A stretch of 64,000 nucleotides of DNA from Candidatus Undinarchaeales archaeon (GCA_030753015.1 JASMDC010000015.1:1-64000), one strand, 5' to 3'; positions 1 through 10,116 are shown, counted from the first letter of the stretch. Notes: generated from the letters alone by a model not told the origin. Translations and numbers: made by a program.

Positions 1-346
1 CATCGTGGTGATCGCCTCGCTGGTACAGATCGTCGAGACGATCATCAAGAAGGTGAGCCCCACGCTCTTCAGGGAGCTGGGCATCTTCCTGCCGCTCATC
101 ACCACGAACTGCGCTATTCTGGGCCTCACCCTAATCAACACCATCGATGGCAATGACCTCATCAGTACCGTTGTGTTCGCCCTTGGTGGGGGCGCCGGGT
201 TCACCCTGGCGCTGCTCATCATGTCGGGCATCCGCGAGCGCCTGGAGCTGGCGGACCTGCCCAAGCCCCTGGAGGGCGCTCCGATCGCGCTCATCACAGC
301 GGGCATCCTGGCCATGGCCTTCGGCGGTTTCGGGGGGATGCTCTGA
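1..346 (+). CDS. rnfA: Rnf electron transport complex subunit A (5'-truncated by window edge)
   Basis: LGIFLPLITTNCAILG motif and hydrophobic helices typical of RnfA/NqrE; its TGA overlaps the rnfB ATG. Confidence 0.93.
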   Translation, partial: IVVIASLVQIVETIIKKVSPTLFRELGIFLPLITTNCAILGLTLINTIDGNDLISTVVFALGGGAGFTLALLIMSGIRERLELADLPKPLEGAPIALITAGILAMAFGGFGGML

Positions 347-1260
347 TGGTAGAGCCGGTCGTCGCCGCCATTGCCGTCATGGGAGCGCTCGGCTTCATCT
401 TCGGTATCGGGCTGTCGTTCGCCTCCAAAGCCTTCCATGTGGAGACCGACCCACGCGTCGATCAGGTGCGCGAGCTCCTGGCGGGGGCCAACTGCGGAGC
501 ATGTGGTCTTGCTGGCTGCGATGCATTCTCCGAGGCCGTAGTAGCGGGCTCGACCGCGGCCAACGGCTGCACACCTGGAGGCACGGACGTCGCTGAAAAG
601 ATCGGTGAGATCATGGGAGCCGAGGTCGAGGTGACGGAACCACAGATCGCCGTGAACCGATGCAGGGGCGCTGAGAGCGTGTGCGGCCTCCACTGCGTGT
701 ACGAGGGCATCGAGTGCTGCTCTGCAGCGGCACTCGTGGGGACCGGGCCCAAGAAATGCTCCTATGGGTGCATCGCCCTGGGCGACTGCGTCGAAGCCTG
801 CAAGTTCGACGCCCTCACATTCGGCGAGGGAGGGATCCCGCACGTGATCACGGAGAACTGCGTCGGGTGCGGCGCCTGCATCAAGGCCTGTCCCAAGGGC
901 CTGTTCGAGCTCGTGCCCAAGAACGCTCTGGTCCACGTGCTCTGCTCCTCCCATGATCCGGGGAAGGTCGTGGGCAAGCTGTGCAAAGTGGGTTGCATCG
1001 CCTGCAGGATATGCGAGCGTGCATGCCCTGTCGATGCCATCCATGTCGTGGACGAACTGGCCGTCATCGATTACGAGAAGTGCACCGAGTGCGGAGCGTG
1101 CGCCGAGAAGTGTCCCAAGAAGTGCATCGAGGACCGCAGACCCGCAGACGAGATTGAGGCGTCCAGTAAGGAACGTGCAGAGAAGGCCGCGAAGGAGAAG
1201 GCCGCTAAGCTGGCCGAGGTCAAGAAGAAGATGGCGGAGAAGAAGGCTGCAAAGGAATAG
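346..1260 (+). CDS. rnfB: Rnf complex subunit B, polyferredoxin type, with Lys/Ala/Glu-rich tail
   Basis: N-terminal TM helix, GANCGACGLAGC Fe-S motif, several CxxCxxCxxxCP motifs. Confidence 0.93.
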   Translation: MVEPVVAAIAVMGALGFIFGIGLSFASKAFHVETDPRVDQVRELLAGANCGACGLAGCDAFSEAVVAGSTAANGCTPGGTDVAEKIGEIMGAEVEVTEPQIAVNRCRGAESVCGLHCVYEGIECCSAAALVGTGPKKCSYGCIALGDCVEACKFDALTFGEGGIPHVITENCVGCGACIKACPKGLFELVPKNALVHVLCSSHDPGKVVGKLCKVGCIACRICERACPVDAIHVVDELAVIDYEKCTECGACAEKCPKKCIEDRRPADEIEASSKERAEKAAKEKAAKLAEVKKKMAEKKAAKE

Positions 1261-1335
1261 CTGGACCACGCATCCCCTCCGCACCCTGATCCAAGCGATA
1301 AGTATTAGATAGGACAACGCCATTGTATCTATGAG

Positions 1336-3339
1336 ATGATCGGTATGAGAAGAACCGCTCTCGTGCTCGCTCTCGCGCTCCTGCTCGTAGGCTGCACGGA
1401 CCAGGGCCCTTCGGATGAGGGGGGTGCCACACCGAGCCTGTCTTCATCGCCGGAGCCGACCCCCCCGCCCACCGTGGGACCGGTCCTGGCCACAGCGTCT
1501 CCTTCTCCGGAGGGAACGCCTGTTCCGACACCGGTTCTGAGCGCACCACCGATATCGACCTCTACACCGGTCCCCACCGCACTCCCTACCACCACACCCA
1601 CTTCCGTTCCAACGCCGACACCTACCACGGCCCCAACGCCGACACCAAGGCCGACGATCGAGTTCGACCGGCGTGCACCTCCCGCAGTGACGATCATCAA
1701 CGCCGGAGAGACCGTCCGCGGTGTCAAGCTCATCTCTCGTGAGCACATCCTCGAGGTCATCGTGCCTCCGCCCCTGACGGCGACGGCACCCTTCGATTCT
1801 GCCATCCTCCCCGACGGTTCGGTCGTCATGGCCGGTAATGAAGGCCTACTCGTGAGCGTCGGACCGGAGGGAGCGATCAGTGAGACCCGGATACCCGGTG
1901 GGATGAACTTCGAGCCCGCTGACGACGGGACCATGTGGTACTACAACTGGGTCGATGGAGAGGTCTCCTTCTGGAAGGAGGGCATTGACGGCGGGCCGGA
2001 GGTCGCTGCCAGTCTACCGCCGGTCTACACCGACGGCTCGATCGCGGTCTCTCCTGACGGGAGTGCCGTGTACGTCGCCTGGTGGAAGCTGGACTACGAC
2101 GTCAAAAAGGAGTCTGCTCTCTATCGCTATACTGAGGACGAAGGCCTCGTGAAGCTTCTTGACGGGACGGACGGTTCGGTCCTTCGGGCGGTGGAGGTGA
2201 CACAGGACGGGACGGTGTACGTCGCGGCCACCGACGGGATATACCGGCTTGAAGGGGACAACGAGCTGGCCCTGGTCCACCGGATCCTCTACAACCACGT
2301 GACGAGCGACGGCCTGACCTCGGACGAGGAGGGTAACCTGTACTTCTCCGCGCTTGGGTGGGGAATGGGGGTGTTCAAGCTCTCCGACGACGGCTCAGCG
2401 GAGACGATCGCGACGTTCAGCGAGGATGTCGACGTCCCCCTCGGTCTCTCGTGGGACCAGAACAACGGTCGTGTGATCGGCGTGAGGAAGGAGAAGGGGG
2501 AGCTCATCTCGATCGACGGCGATGGGGACGTCTCGGTGCTGAACGATCCGAGCGGTCTCTCGACGCCTATTGCTATTCGGGAGCATCCCGAAGGTGGTGT
2601 GTTCCTCAACGCCGATGAAGCGGGGCCCATGTACATCGACGGGAGCGGGGACGTGGTCAGGTACCCGACCTTCGGTGCAAGGCCCGTCTACTATCAACCG
2701 CCCGCAGCAGACATCGTCTTTGATGAGGCCGGATTGATGTACTACACCTGTGCGGCCCCGGGCTTCATGAGCAAGATCGTGACCATCGACGCATACGGGG
2801 AGGTGCGGGACATCACGGGGAGCTCCGAGCACGAGGCGAGCTCACCGGCCGGGATCGCCGTCGACTCCAGGGGGCGTGTGTTCTATGCCGATTATCGGCA
2901 GGGCGCCGTCCTGGAACTGTCAGCAGACGGTGAGAGCACCCCGGTCCTCGAAGGCATACCCTATCCGGTGGGCCTCGTGATCGACAGCCATGATACGTTC
3001 TGGGTGAGCGCAGCGCCCGAAGGTTCTCAGGCCACCGACAATCCCTTGGACGAGGTCGATCGCACACGTGTGCTGCGTTTCAGACCCGGGGAGGAACTGG
3101 AAGAGGTGTTCAACTTCGGTGACGATGACAGGCACTCTTTCACGTTCTTCGATGTGGACGATGAGGGTACCATCTATCTCCCCGACGACAATATCCTCTG
3201 GCGTGTCAGCCCTGACGGGGAAGCGACCGAACTGGCCACAGGCTTCAGGAACATTCGAGCGGCCCGGATATTCAAGGACAGCAGTGTCTATCTGGTCGAT
3301 TATGAAGCGGGGGCCCTGTACCGATTGAGGCGTGCCTGA
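1336..3339 (+). CDS. Lipoprotein with Pro/Thr linker and NHL/SMP-30-like beta-propeller repeats
   Basis: Lipobox LLVGC; PT-rich stretch; repeats such as PAGIAVDSRGRVFYAD and DGLTSDEEGNLYFS. Confidence 0.75.
   Translation: MIGMRRTALVLALALLLVGCTDQGPSDEGGATPSLSSSPEPTPPPTVGPVLATASPSPEGTPVPTPVLSAPPISTSTPVPTALPTTTPTSVPTPTPTTAPTPTPRPTIEFDRRAPPAVTIINAGETVRGVKLISREHILEVIVPPPLTATAPFDSAILPDGSVVMAGNEGLLVSVGPEGAISETRIPGGMNFEPADDGTMWYYNWVDGEVSFWKEGIDGGPEVAASLPPVYTDGSIAVSPDGSAVYVAWWKLDYDVKKESALYRYTEDEGLVKLLDGTDGSVLRAVEVTQDGTVYVAATDGIYRLEGDNELALVHRILYNHVTSDGLTSDEEGNLYFSALGWGMGVFKLSDDGSAETIATFSEDVDVPLGLSWDQNNGRVIGVRKEKGELISIDGDGDVSVLNDPSGLSTPIAIREHPEGGVFLNADEAGPMYIDGSGDVVRYPTFGARPVYYQPPAADIVFDEAGLMYYTCAAPGFMSKIVTIDAYGEVRDITGSSEHEASSPAGIAVDSRGRVFYADYRQGAVLELSADGESTPVLEGIPYPVGLVIDSHDTFWVSAAPEGSQATDNPLDEVDRTRVLRFRPGEELEEVFNFGDDDRHSFTFFDVDDEGTIYLPDDNILWRVSPDGEATELATGFRNIRAARIFKDSSVYLVDYEAGALYRLRRA
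1455..1655 (+). repeat. Pro/Thr low-complexity linker
   Basis: PTPTPTTAPTPTP-type codon repeats. Confidence 0.7.
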
Positions 3340-3345
3340 GCGGAC

Positions 3346-4029
3346 TCACTTTATTGGTCGTGCTTTCCTGCCCCATCTTCTGAGCACGTCATCGACCTTG
3401 TCCTGGACATTTGAGCGTGCTGCCCTCTTCGCCATCCCCTCATCGATGAGCTTGTCATACTTCGTGTAGTGGTGGCGGACATGGGCCAGCACGGCCAGGC
3501 GGACCGCCTTCTCGTCCAACCTCTTGGCACCGGACGTCCGTCCCACCCGACCGCTGGATGTCTTGCAGGCGTGGCGGGCGATCTTCCTCTCGACCCCCTT
3601 GGGGCACGACGGATAGCGGTGGCGGAGGGCGCGGGCGAACCGCACTGCATGCTCCCGCTCACGCTCTTCCCGTCTCTTGTCCCGGGCGGCCGCATCTGCG
3701 CGGCACTCCTTTCGGGCCTGCTCGATGGCAGCAGGCTCGACGAGTATTCCTTCCCGCTTGTACCGCTTTTTCGAATAGACACGAGTGACTACCAGGGCCA
3801 GTGCGCCAGAGTGCTTCGACGCACGGCGGGTGAGTGTGGCATCGCCTTTCGGGAGGTAGGAAAGACGGTTCAGGTCGGCACATCTCAGGCAGAGCGTCCT
3901 TCCACGCTCCTTGGTGATGAAGCCACCGTTGACGATCCCGGTCCCACAGGCGGAGCACGTCGCCTCCCCTCGGACGAAGAACACGAGCGTATCAGATGCA
4001 CCCTCACGCTGACGGATCGTATTTCCCAA
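3346..4029 (-). CDS. DUF2293-like protein with N-terminal Zn finger
   Basis: CSAC...CLRC; SGRVGRT and AVLAHVRHHYTKYD motifs. Confidence 0.75.
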   Translation of the reverse strand: MGNTIRQREGASDTLVFFVRGEATCSACGTGIVNGGFITKERGRTLCLRCADLNRLSYLPKGDATLTRRASKHSGALALVVTRVYSKKRYKREGILVEPAAIEQARKECRADAAARDKRREEREREHAVRFARALRHRYPSCPKGVERKIARHACKTSSGRVGRTSGAKRLDEKAVRLAVLAHVRHHYTKYDKLIDEGMAKRAARSNVQDKVDDVLRRWGRKARPIK

Positions 4030-4127
4030 GGCGTTCTAGTGTGAAGGGGGCAGCTATAAGGATTTGCAGGTGTTCGGCCCACGCACCTTCGAAAGGTATT
4101 AATACCGGTCCCTGTGCCGCCGGTGCT

Positions 4128-4697
4128 GTGCTCGAGGAACGGTACCACGTCTACATGGACGGCACTGACCGGGATATGACCCCCCGCGAGCTCGTGGGCA
4201 TCCTCAGACAGCGGGAGGAACGGCCTGATGTCTGGTCCGCCAGGCTCTCCACGGGACTGCTCGGTAGGACTGACTGCCCCGCGGGCAACCGCGGTCCCAA
4301 GGGTTATTCGGAGGTCGTGCTCGCCGTCGGTGACGAAGGGCTGGAGAAGCTGGTCGACCTGGGGTTCATCCCATGTCCCACCTGCCGCCCGGAGGACGAG
4401 CCCGGATTCTGGGAGACCGTGGAAAGCGCAGTGGGTGAGCGGTACGACCTGGACTCGGTCTACGATTTCGCGGACAAGGGTGTCCTTGGCTACGACGCGC
4501 GACGTGTGGACTGGGAGGCGGTCCTTCCTGTCATCGGGACGGCGCCCAACAGGCTCTACGTCCCGCAGGGTATCGGCGAGGGCGAACTGACCGAGTTGAG
4601 GGACCGGTTCGATGCACTTAACGTGGAGCTCCCGCCTGTCGGGTACTACGATCGGGATTCTCCCGGACGCTTCCACGAGTACGCGATACCTGGATAG
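4128..4697 (+). CDS. Hypothetical protein with Ada-like metal-binding motif
   Basis: TATA-like GGTATTAATA near 4095, GTG start at 4128; STGLLGRTDC...GFIPCPTCRP resembles the Ada N-terminal Zn domain. Confidence 0.6.
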   Translation: MLEERYHVYMDGTDRDMTPRELVGILRQREERPDVWSARLSTGLLGRTDCPAGNRGPKGYSEVVLAVGDEGLEKLVDLGFIPCPTCRPEDEPGFWETVESAVGERYDLDSVYDFADKGVLGYDARRVDWEAVLPVIGTAPNRLYVPQGIGEGELTELRDRFDALNVELPPVGYYDRDSPGRFHEYAIPG

Positions 4698-4706
4698 CCG
4701 TCCTTC

Positions 4707-4766
4707 CTACGCTTTCTTGCACGGCCCGAAGTGCTCGGAGTAGAACTGGACGAGTTCCACCTTCGA
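4707..4766 (-). pseudogene. Displaced copy of the PEP carboxykinase 3' end
   Basis: 51/60 nt identical to 8104-8163; encodes SKVELVQFYSEHFGPCKKA* versus SKEELVGFYTKHYGPCKKA*. Confidence 0.9.
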
Positions 4767-5295
4767 TGTGCTTATCCTTTGTGTGTGGTTGCCCTTGTGA
4801 TCGCTCTAGGCATTCACCTGCTGATGGCTGAACTCCCATTCGCAGGACTCGTCAAGCACTAACTGTATTCCAAAGGAACGGTGGAACGCGACCATTTCCA
4901 GAGGATACCAGAAGATGATCCACTGTTCTTTTTCATTCTTCGTGCATTCAAATAGTGGATAATTGTATCTATCAAAGAATTTCTTGATGATGCTCCAGGT
5001 TCTTGTATAGGATGCGACATCATCTGGACTATTTAGAGGCAATCTTGGTGCCTTTATTGAATAATTATGCGAATAAGCTTCACTTTCTGAAGATATGATA
5101 CCAATAGTTCTCCATGATATGGTTAGTCTTTCTTCTTTTTCCTCTATTTTCACGAGTTTCCAGGTGAATGGATTGAATGTGGGGATTGGATCAACGTCCC
5201 CATGTTTCGACCTCAGATGGAGCTTGATGCATAACCTGAGGGAGAAGGAGAATATGATGTGCGTTCCGGAAATTCTGGTAGGGTAATTCCGGAAA

Positions 5296-6087
5296 TTATG
5301 GGAGGTTCATTAATGTTTCCCAAAGTGTCTGTTTTGGGGATGTTACGCGTTCGTGCAGAGGGTCCATCGAGGAGGATGAGTCTACCTCTCCCCAGTCAGA
5401 GAAGGGTGACTTGTTCGTCGTGAAGATGATGGGGCGCTTCAGTATATGTCGGTCGTTCACCACGTGGAACAGCACGTTCGCCGCCTCGGGCCCATAGGTC
5501 AGGTACCCGAGCTCGTCGATCACCAACACGCTTGGCGAGGTATATGCCTTCAGAGCCTTCCTGAGGTTCCCCTGTCGACCGGCCTCTGACAGTTCCTCGA
5601 TGAGGACCGACGCTGTCTTGAACTTGGCCGTGAAGCCGTTCTGTATTGCACGATACGCGATCGCTACAGCAAGATGCGTCTTCCCTCTGCCGGTCTTCCC
5701 CATCAGGATGAGATTGCGTCCTTCGGTGACGAGCTCGGGGCCAAGATAGGAGCCCATCAGTGCCCGACGGATATTCGAACGGATGGTGAAGTCGTAATCA
5801 TCGATGGTCTTGAGGAACGGGAAGCCGGCTTTCCGTGTGGCCCGCTGTATGCGGGTCTGTTCACGGTGGGCGACCTCCTCGGCCACGACAACCGCGAGGA
5901 AATCGCGGCATGACCAGTCCTCACGCTCGGCCCGCTCCACCAACTCCCGCCACCTACAACGAGTGTTGGCGAGGCGGAGTTGCTTGAGCAGCTGATCGAG
6001 GCTGATGTCCGATGGATTGACCGCAAGCGGTTCCTCCTGGCTTTCCGGGGCGTTCATGTGTATGCCTCCAGAGGGCTCTGCTGACAT
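5296..6087 (-). pseudogene. istB: IstB AAA+ transposition helper, frameshifted near C-terminus
   Basis: Walker A GKTGRGKT, Walker B LVIDELGY, TTN; after WGEV the expected DR segment is absent and a GRLILLDGPSAR tail lies in another frame. Confidence 0.85.
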
Positions 6088-7544
6088 GTACGGTGAACGA
6101 CGATATACCGTTCCACTGCGTCACACGAGAAGACGTTCTCCTGGACAGCTTCACGGAACGCGAGGTTCATGACATCGGCTCCATGCCGCTGGAGCAGCTC
6201 ATGGAGCCGGTCAACCGCAGCGGACCAGTCCCTTCTCCTGTGGACGAGTTCGGTGAGGAATACCAGGGCGGCCTCACCGGTCTCGAGGAGATCCTGACGC
6301 TTCAGATACCTCTTCCCGCGCTTCCCTGAAATGGCGGCAAGGCGTGCGGCGCGATGCTCGGGAAGCGTCGACAGCGTCCCAGTGGAAGGTCTTCGTGGAT
6401 GTGATGCCTCATGGGAACCGGCAACGATCCTCACCGTGTCACGATAGAGATACAGCGTCCCAGCGATGCACGCCGCCTCGGGTGGCATCGAGTACGAGCA
6501 CCCCTTGAAACGCACCGCACCCATGGGACCGACGTATATGGGGTACCTCAAGGCAAGGTCCTCGGGGGCGATCTTCACCGGCCTCAACCGGTCGAGCTCG
6601 ATGGCGCGACGTTCCGCCGGGATCACGCCGCTGGCCCTGGAGGGACGCGTCTCATTGATCTCGTGGAGCCACTCCTTGAGCTGATCCTGAAGATCCTCTT
6701 CATCGTGGAAGCGTCGCTGCTTGAAGAACGAATTCTTCACCCATTGCACGATCCTCTCCACGGACCCCTTCTCCTGGGGACGGTACGGCCAGCACAGCTC
6801 GACGTCGACATCGACCCCGATACCGAGTTCCAGCACGGAGGAGGCAAAGACGGGATTCCACTCGGTGACCTTTCCGGACCGGTCCCACTTCAGTGCTATG
6901 GTCTTGGGACGGTCGAACACCGCAAGCAGCGGGATCCCGCCGAGGGACGTGAAATGCTCGGCGAGGCCCCTGACGAGGGTCTCGACCTGCTCGTTGGGGA
7001 CGAGGGTCACCTCGGCCCAGCGGGACCACTTCAGACGGGAGGCGAAGAAGTGGATCCGCTTCAACGTCCCATCGAGGAACGTGACATCCACGTGACCGAA
7101 GTCATGCTGGGTGAACTCACCGGGCAGGCCTTCGAACCGCATCGTGTACCGTGCGACCTTTGGCCGCACGGAGGCCACAAACGCGTAGAAGGCAGTCTTC
7201 CCTCCGCGGTAACCTTGTTCACGTGCCCGCCGGAGGACCTCAAGGGTCATGAGGTCGGGTTCCTTCTCGAGAGTGTCCTCGATGAATTTCCGGAATGACT
7301 TGGCCTTGCTCGGACGACCGATCTTACGGGCGTGTCTCTGTGCATGGTCATCGACCTCTTCGACGGGTCGTTCACGACCGATCCTGCGCACGGTATTGAT
7401 GCCCATTCCGGTGAGCTGCGCGACCTCCTGTTGTGGGTGACCTGCCTCGAGCAAGACCTGTACCTTGTGTCGACTCAGCATTGGTTTCATTCGCGACATC
7501 TCCGGATGAGTATCCGGAGCGGGATTCTTCTGCTCTTCTCTCAT
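6054..7544 (-). CDS. istA: IS21 transposase IstA
   Basis: RFEGLPGEFTQHDFG, FDRPKT, PYRPQEKGSVER (DDE) motifs. Confidence 0.95.
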   Translation of the reverse strand: MREEQKNPAPDTHPEMSRMKPMLSRHKVQVLLEAGHPQQEVAQLTGMGINTVRRIGRERPVEEVDDHAQRHARKIGRPSKAKSFRKFIEDTLEKEPDLMTLEVLRRAREQGYRGGKTAFYAFVASVRPKVARYTMRFEGLPGEFTQHDFGHVDVTFLDGTLKRIHFFASRLKWSRWAEVTLVPNEQVETLVRGLAEHFTSLGGIPLLAVFDRPKTIALKWDRSGKVTEWNPVFASSVLELGIGVDVDVELCWPYRPQEKGSVERIVQWVKNSFFKQRRFHDEEDLQDQLKEWLHEINETRPSRASGVIPAERRAIELDRLRPVKIAPEDLALRYPIYVGPMGAVRFKGCSYSMPPEAACIAGTLYLYRDTVRIVAGSHEASHPRRPSTGTLSTLPEHRAARLAAISGKRGKRYLKRQDLLETGEAALVFLTELVHRRRDWSAAVDRLHELLQRHGADVMNLAFREAVQENVFSCDAVERYIVVHRTCQQSPLEAYT

Positions 7545-8103
7545 GGGTCCGCCTCCGATCCTGACCTACCATAATTTCCGGAATGGGACCTACCATAATT
7601 TCCGGAACCGACATATGATAAGACCTACATATATTCTCGTGATTTGGACTGATAAATAGGGGAATCTGAACAGAATGATGATGAAAATCGCACTTACAAC
7701 GGATAATAGTGGATTTATCGACCGGTCAACGTCGAACTTGATCCTTCGTTGTGAGAATGGCCATGCAAATGGGATGGCCGTAGAGGTCAATATGTCAAAA
7801 AGAATATGGAAGATGCCTGCAAGTACCGTTACTGCGAGGATAGCGCCGACATGCTCATGGACATCGAAGGACACAATGTATATCGCTGCGACCAGGAGAG
7901 AGCCCAAAATGGTCGTGAGGAAGGAGTGTGTCTTGTTCCTGTGGGCGAAGAAACCGGTCTCTCGGTTGATAAGGACGGCAATGAAGTCAAGGTCGGGCAG
8001 GATCCCCGCGATCACCACGGGAAGTGCATGGTCGCCGATGACCTGCCGCGCAAGTCCGTAGGAGAAGAGCCCGTGCGTCAGGACGTCCATGGTCGTTCAG
8101 ATT

Positions 8104-10038
8104 CTACGCTTTCTTGCATGGCCCGTAGTGCTTGGTATAGAACCCGACGAGCTCCTCCTTCGACGGGATGCTACAATTCTCCCAGATATGGATGACGTTC
8201 TGGAGGTCGTCCTCTCGCTCCTGCCCCGAGAACAGCTCCGCAAGGAATGCGGTGCGCTCGCGGATCTCCCGCTCCGCGAAGGCGATGTACTCCTCCGGCG
8301 TGTAATAGTTGAGCGGGTTGAACCGCTTGCCGAAGTCCTTCATCCCGTGGACCTCCTCCAACTCCTTGGGGTCGGGCAGGAGGTAGCCGAACACAGGGTG
8401 TTTGAGCCAGCTCTTGATCTTGCGGTGCTCGACGAGGTCGATGAGACCCTTGGAGTCACGGACGCCGATCTTCTCGCCCTGGCCGATCCAGACGGGATCG
8501 CCAGCAGCATTGATCATCTGCTTCCCTGTCTCCTTGTCCATCTTGGGGATGGGTTCCCCGTTCTCGTCGAGGTGCTTGATCTGATTACTGTCCATGTCGT
8601 ACTCGCCAACGAATCCGGCGTTTGAAATGAAGAACACCAGCTTCCCGTCAAGGCCGAGCCCCTGGTCGCTGTACACCTTGAGCTTGAGCAGGGCCTGGTG
8701 GCACTGTTCCCGGGCCATGAAATCCGTAGCAGCGTACGAGCGCACACGGGTGCCAGGTCGCTGGGCAGCGATGGCCGAGGTGATGATGGACTCGCACGCC
8801 GAGTCGAGGGCCACGGCCATGACCGGATCGGTCACTCGGAACATCGGCTCGAGCACGTCGAACTTCTTGAAGCTCAGCGCCTCGGTCTTCATGTACTTGT
8901 ACGGGGTCTCGCCCCACTGCGGATTCAGCTCGGAGAACAGGAAGATGAACCTGCCGTTTGTGGTACCGGAGCGGTGGTACTGCTGACAGAGGAGGTGGCC
9001 TGGCTGCTTCCCGGGCTGGACACGAGGTACCTTGATGGGCTTTCCGCCCTCCTCGAACACCTCATACTCCACGTTCTCGCAGTCCATGTTCTGGCACAGC
9101 ACCAATGGCCGGGAGCCGTCCGGATTGGCCATCTTGGACCTCATGAGGCCCGTCCACTCGGGGCTGCCGTCATACAGTCCCTCCGATTTAGCGTAGGAGG
9201 CCGCCTCCAGACCGATGATCTGGACCCGGGAGACGTTCCCGTCCTCGTCATACTCGGGCCGACCCAGAAGGGCGTCGTCCTGCTCCAGATCGGGGCCCAC
9301 GGTGAGCGTTGTCTTGCCGGTCCCCGACAGGCCCTTGAGGACCCGGTCGGTTGTAGCCCCGGCGTGGTAGGAGATGAGCCCCTCGCCCTCGGCCTTGTTC
9401 CACACCATGGTGAGGTTGGGCTTCTTGAAGTCGCCGCCGAAATAATCGACGCCAAGTGAGATCACCATCCGAACGTTGTCGTCCATGCCGGTGAGGTCGT
9501 AGAGCGTGATGGGGACGTTCGGGTCGTAGTCGGGCCACACCTCGCGGATCATGGCCACGTACTTGTCGGGCAGGCGCTCGGGTACGATCACGTTCCAGCA
9601 GTCGGGTTGCTGACCCTCCTTGGCGGGGAAGACCATCTGCTTGGAGAACCACGTGATATAGCCGGACTGCCGACACTTCATGCTCGCAGCGAACCGCAGC
9701 CCCACCTCGTACCCGGCCTCGCCCTGGATACCGTCCATGACGACCATGGGGACGTCCTCCTCGGCGAGGTACGCAAGGGCCGCCTCGTACACGCGCTTGC
9801 CGATCTTTGCGTCGAACGACCGCTGCTTGTAACCGAGCTTGTAGCCCTCGGGAACGAGGAAGAACGCCCGGTCCGGCCGCCGCCCTGGCTGTGTGGAGCC
9901 GAAGAGGTACTGGCCGTCGGCCGTGATGACGTAGTAGTCCTTGAGGAACTCGTGGTAGAACGCGTCGTCCGGGTTCCTGGTCACACGGGCAAGCGGGATG
10001 CGGGTATTGGGGGTGATGAGGATGGTATCGTCGGTCAT
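8104..10038 (-). CDS. pckA: Divergent phosphoenolpyruvate carboxykinase (ATP-type fold)
   Basis: YFGGDFKK, SYHAG, GLSGTGKTTL, QDD and TNGR correspond to PEPCK-ATP catalytic motifs. Confidence 0.75.
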   Translation of the reverse strand: MTDDTILITPNTRIPLARVTRNPDDAFYHEFLKDYYVITADGQYLFGSTQPGRRPDRAFFLVPEGYKLGYKQRSFDAKIGKRVYEAALAYLAEEDVPMVVMDGIQGEAGYEVGLRFAASMKCRQSGYITWFSKQMVFPAKEGQQPDCWNVIVPERLPDKYVAMIREVWPDYDPNVPITLYDLTGMDDNVRMVISLGVDYFGGDFKKPNLTMVWNKAEGEGLISYHAGATTDRVLKGLSGTGKTTLTVGPDLEQDDALLGRPEYDEDGNVSRVQIIGLEAASYAKSEGLYDGSPEWTGLMRSKMANPDGSRPLVLCQNMDCENVEYEVFEEGGKPIKVPRVQPGKQPGHLLCQQYHRSGTTNGRFIFLFSELNPQWGETPYKYMKTEALSFKKFDVLEPMFRVTDPVMAVALDSACESIITSAIAAQRPGTRVRSYAATDFMAREQCHQALLKLKVYSDQGLGLDGKLVFFISNAGFVGEYDMDSNQIKHLDENGEPIPKMDKETGKQMINAAGDPVWIGQGEKIGVRDSKGLIDLVEHRKIKSWLKHPVFGYLLPDPKELEEVHGMKDFGKRFNPLNYYTPEEYIAFAEREIRERTAFLAELFSGQEREDDLQNVIHIWENCSIPSKEELVGFYTKHYGPCKKA

Positions 10039-10116
10039 GGTATCTCGATGGCGAGGATGATGAGGGCTGTTATAAAGCTTATGTTAGGACTTGCCCCCTG
10101 CGAACGTGCTGCACGG

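Larger units (their letters stand above)
5258..7613 (-). mobile_element. IS21-family insertion sequence (2356 bp)
   Basis: TGT...ACA ends; two copies of a TTCCGGAAATT(A/C)TGG(T/G)AGG repeat at each end; 5-bp target duplication TATGA (5253-5257 and 7614-7618); istA and istB. Confidence 0.95.
4806..8090 (-). pseudogene. YdjM-like membrane metal-dependent hydrolase interrupted by IS21
   Basis: N-part (7614-8090) has MDVLTH, LPDLD, HRNKTHS, HILFD; removing the IS and one TATGA restores the frame YVGLII-FSFSLRL...PTFNPFTWKLVKIEE into 4806-5257; lower GC than flanks. Confidence 0.88.

Noticed and set aside
5258-5308. Tandem TTCCGGAAATT repeats as a mini-CRISPR or operator
   Set aside because: Explained as the multiple terminal repeats of IS21, mirrored at 7564-7613
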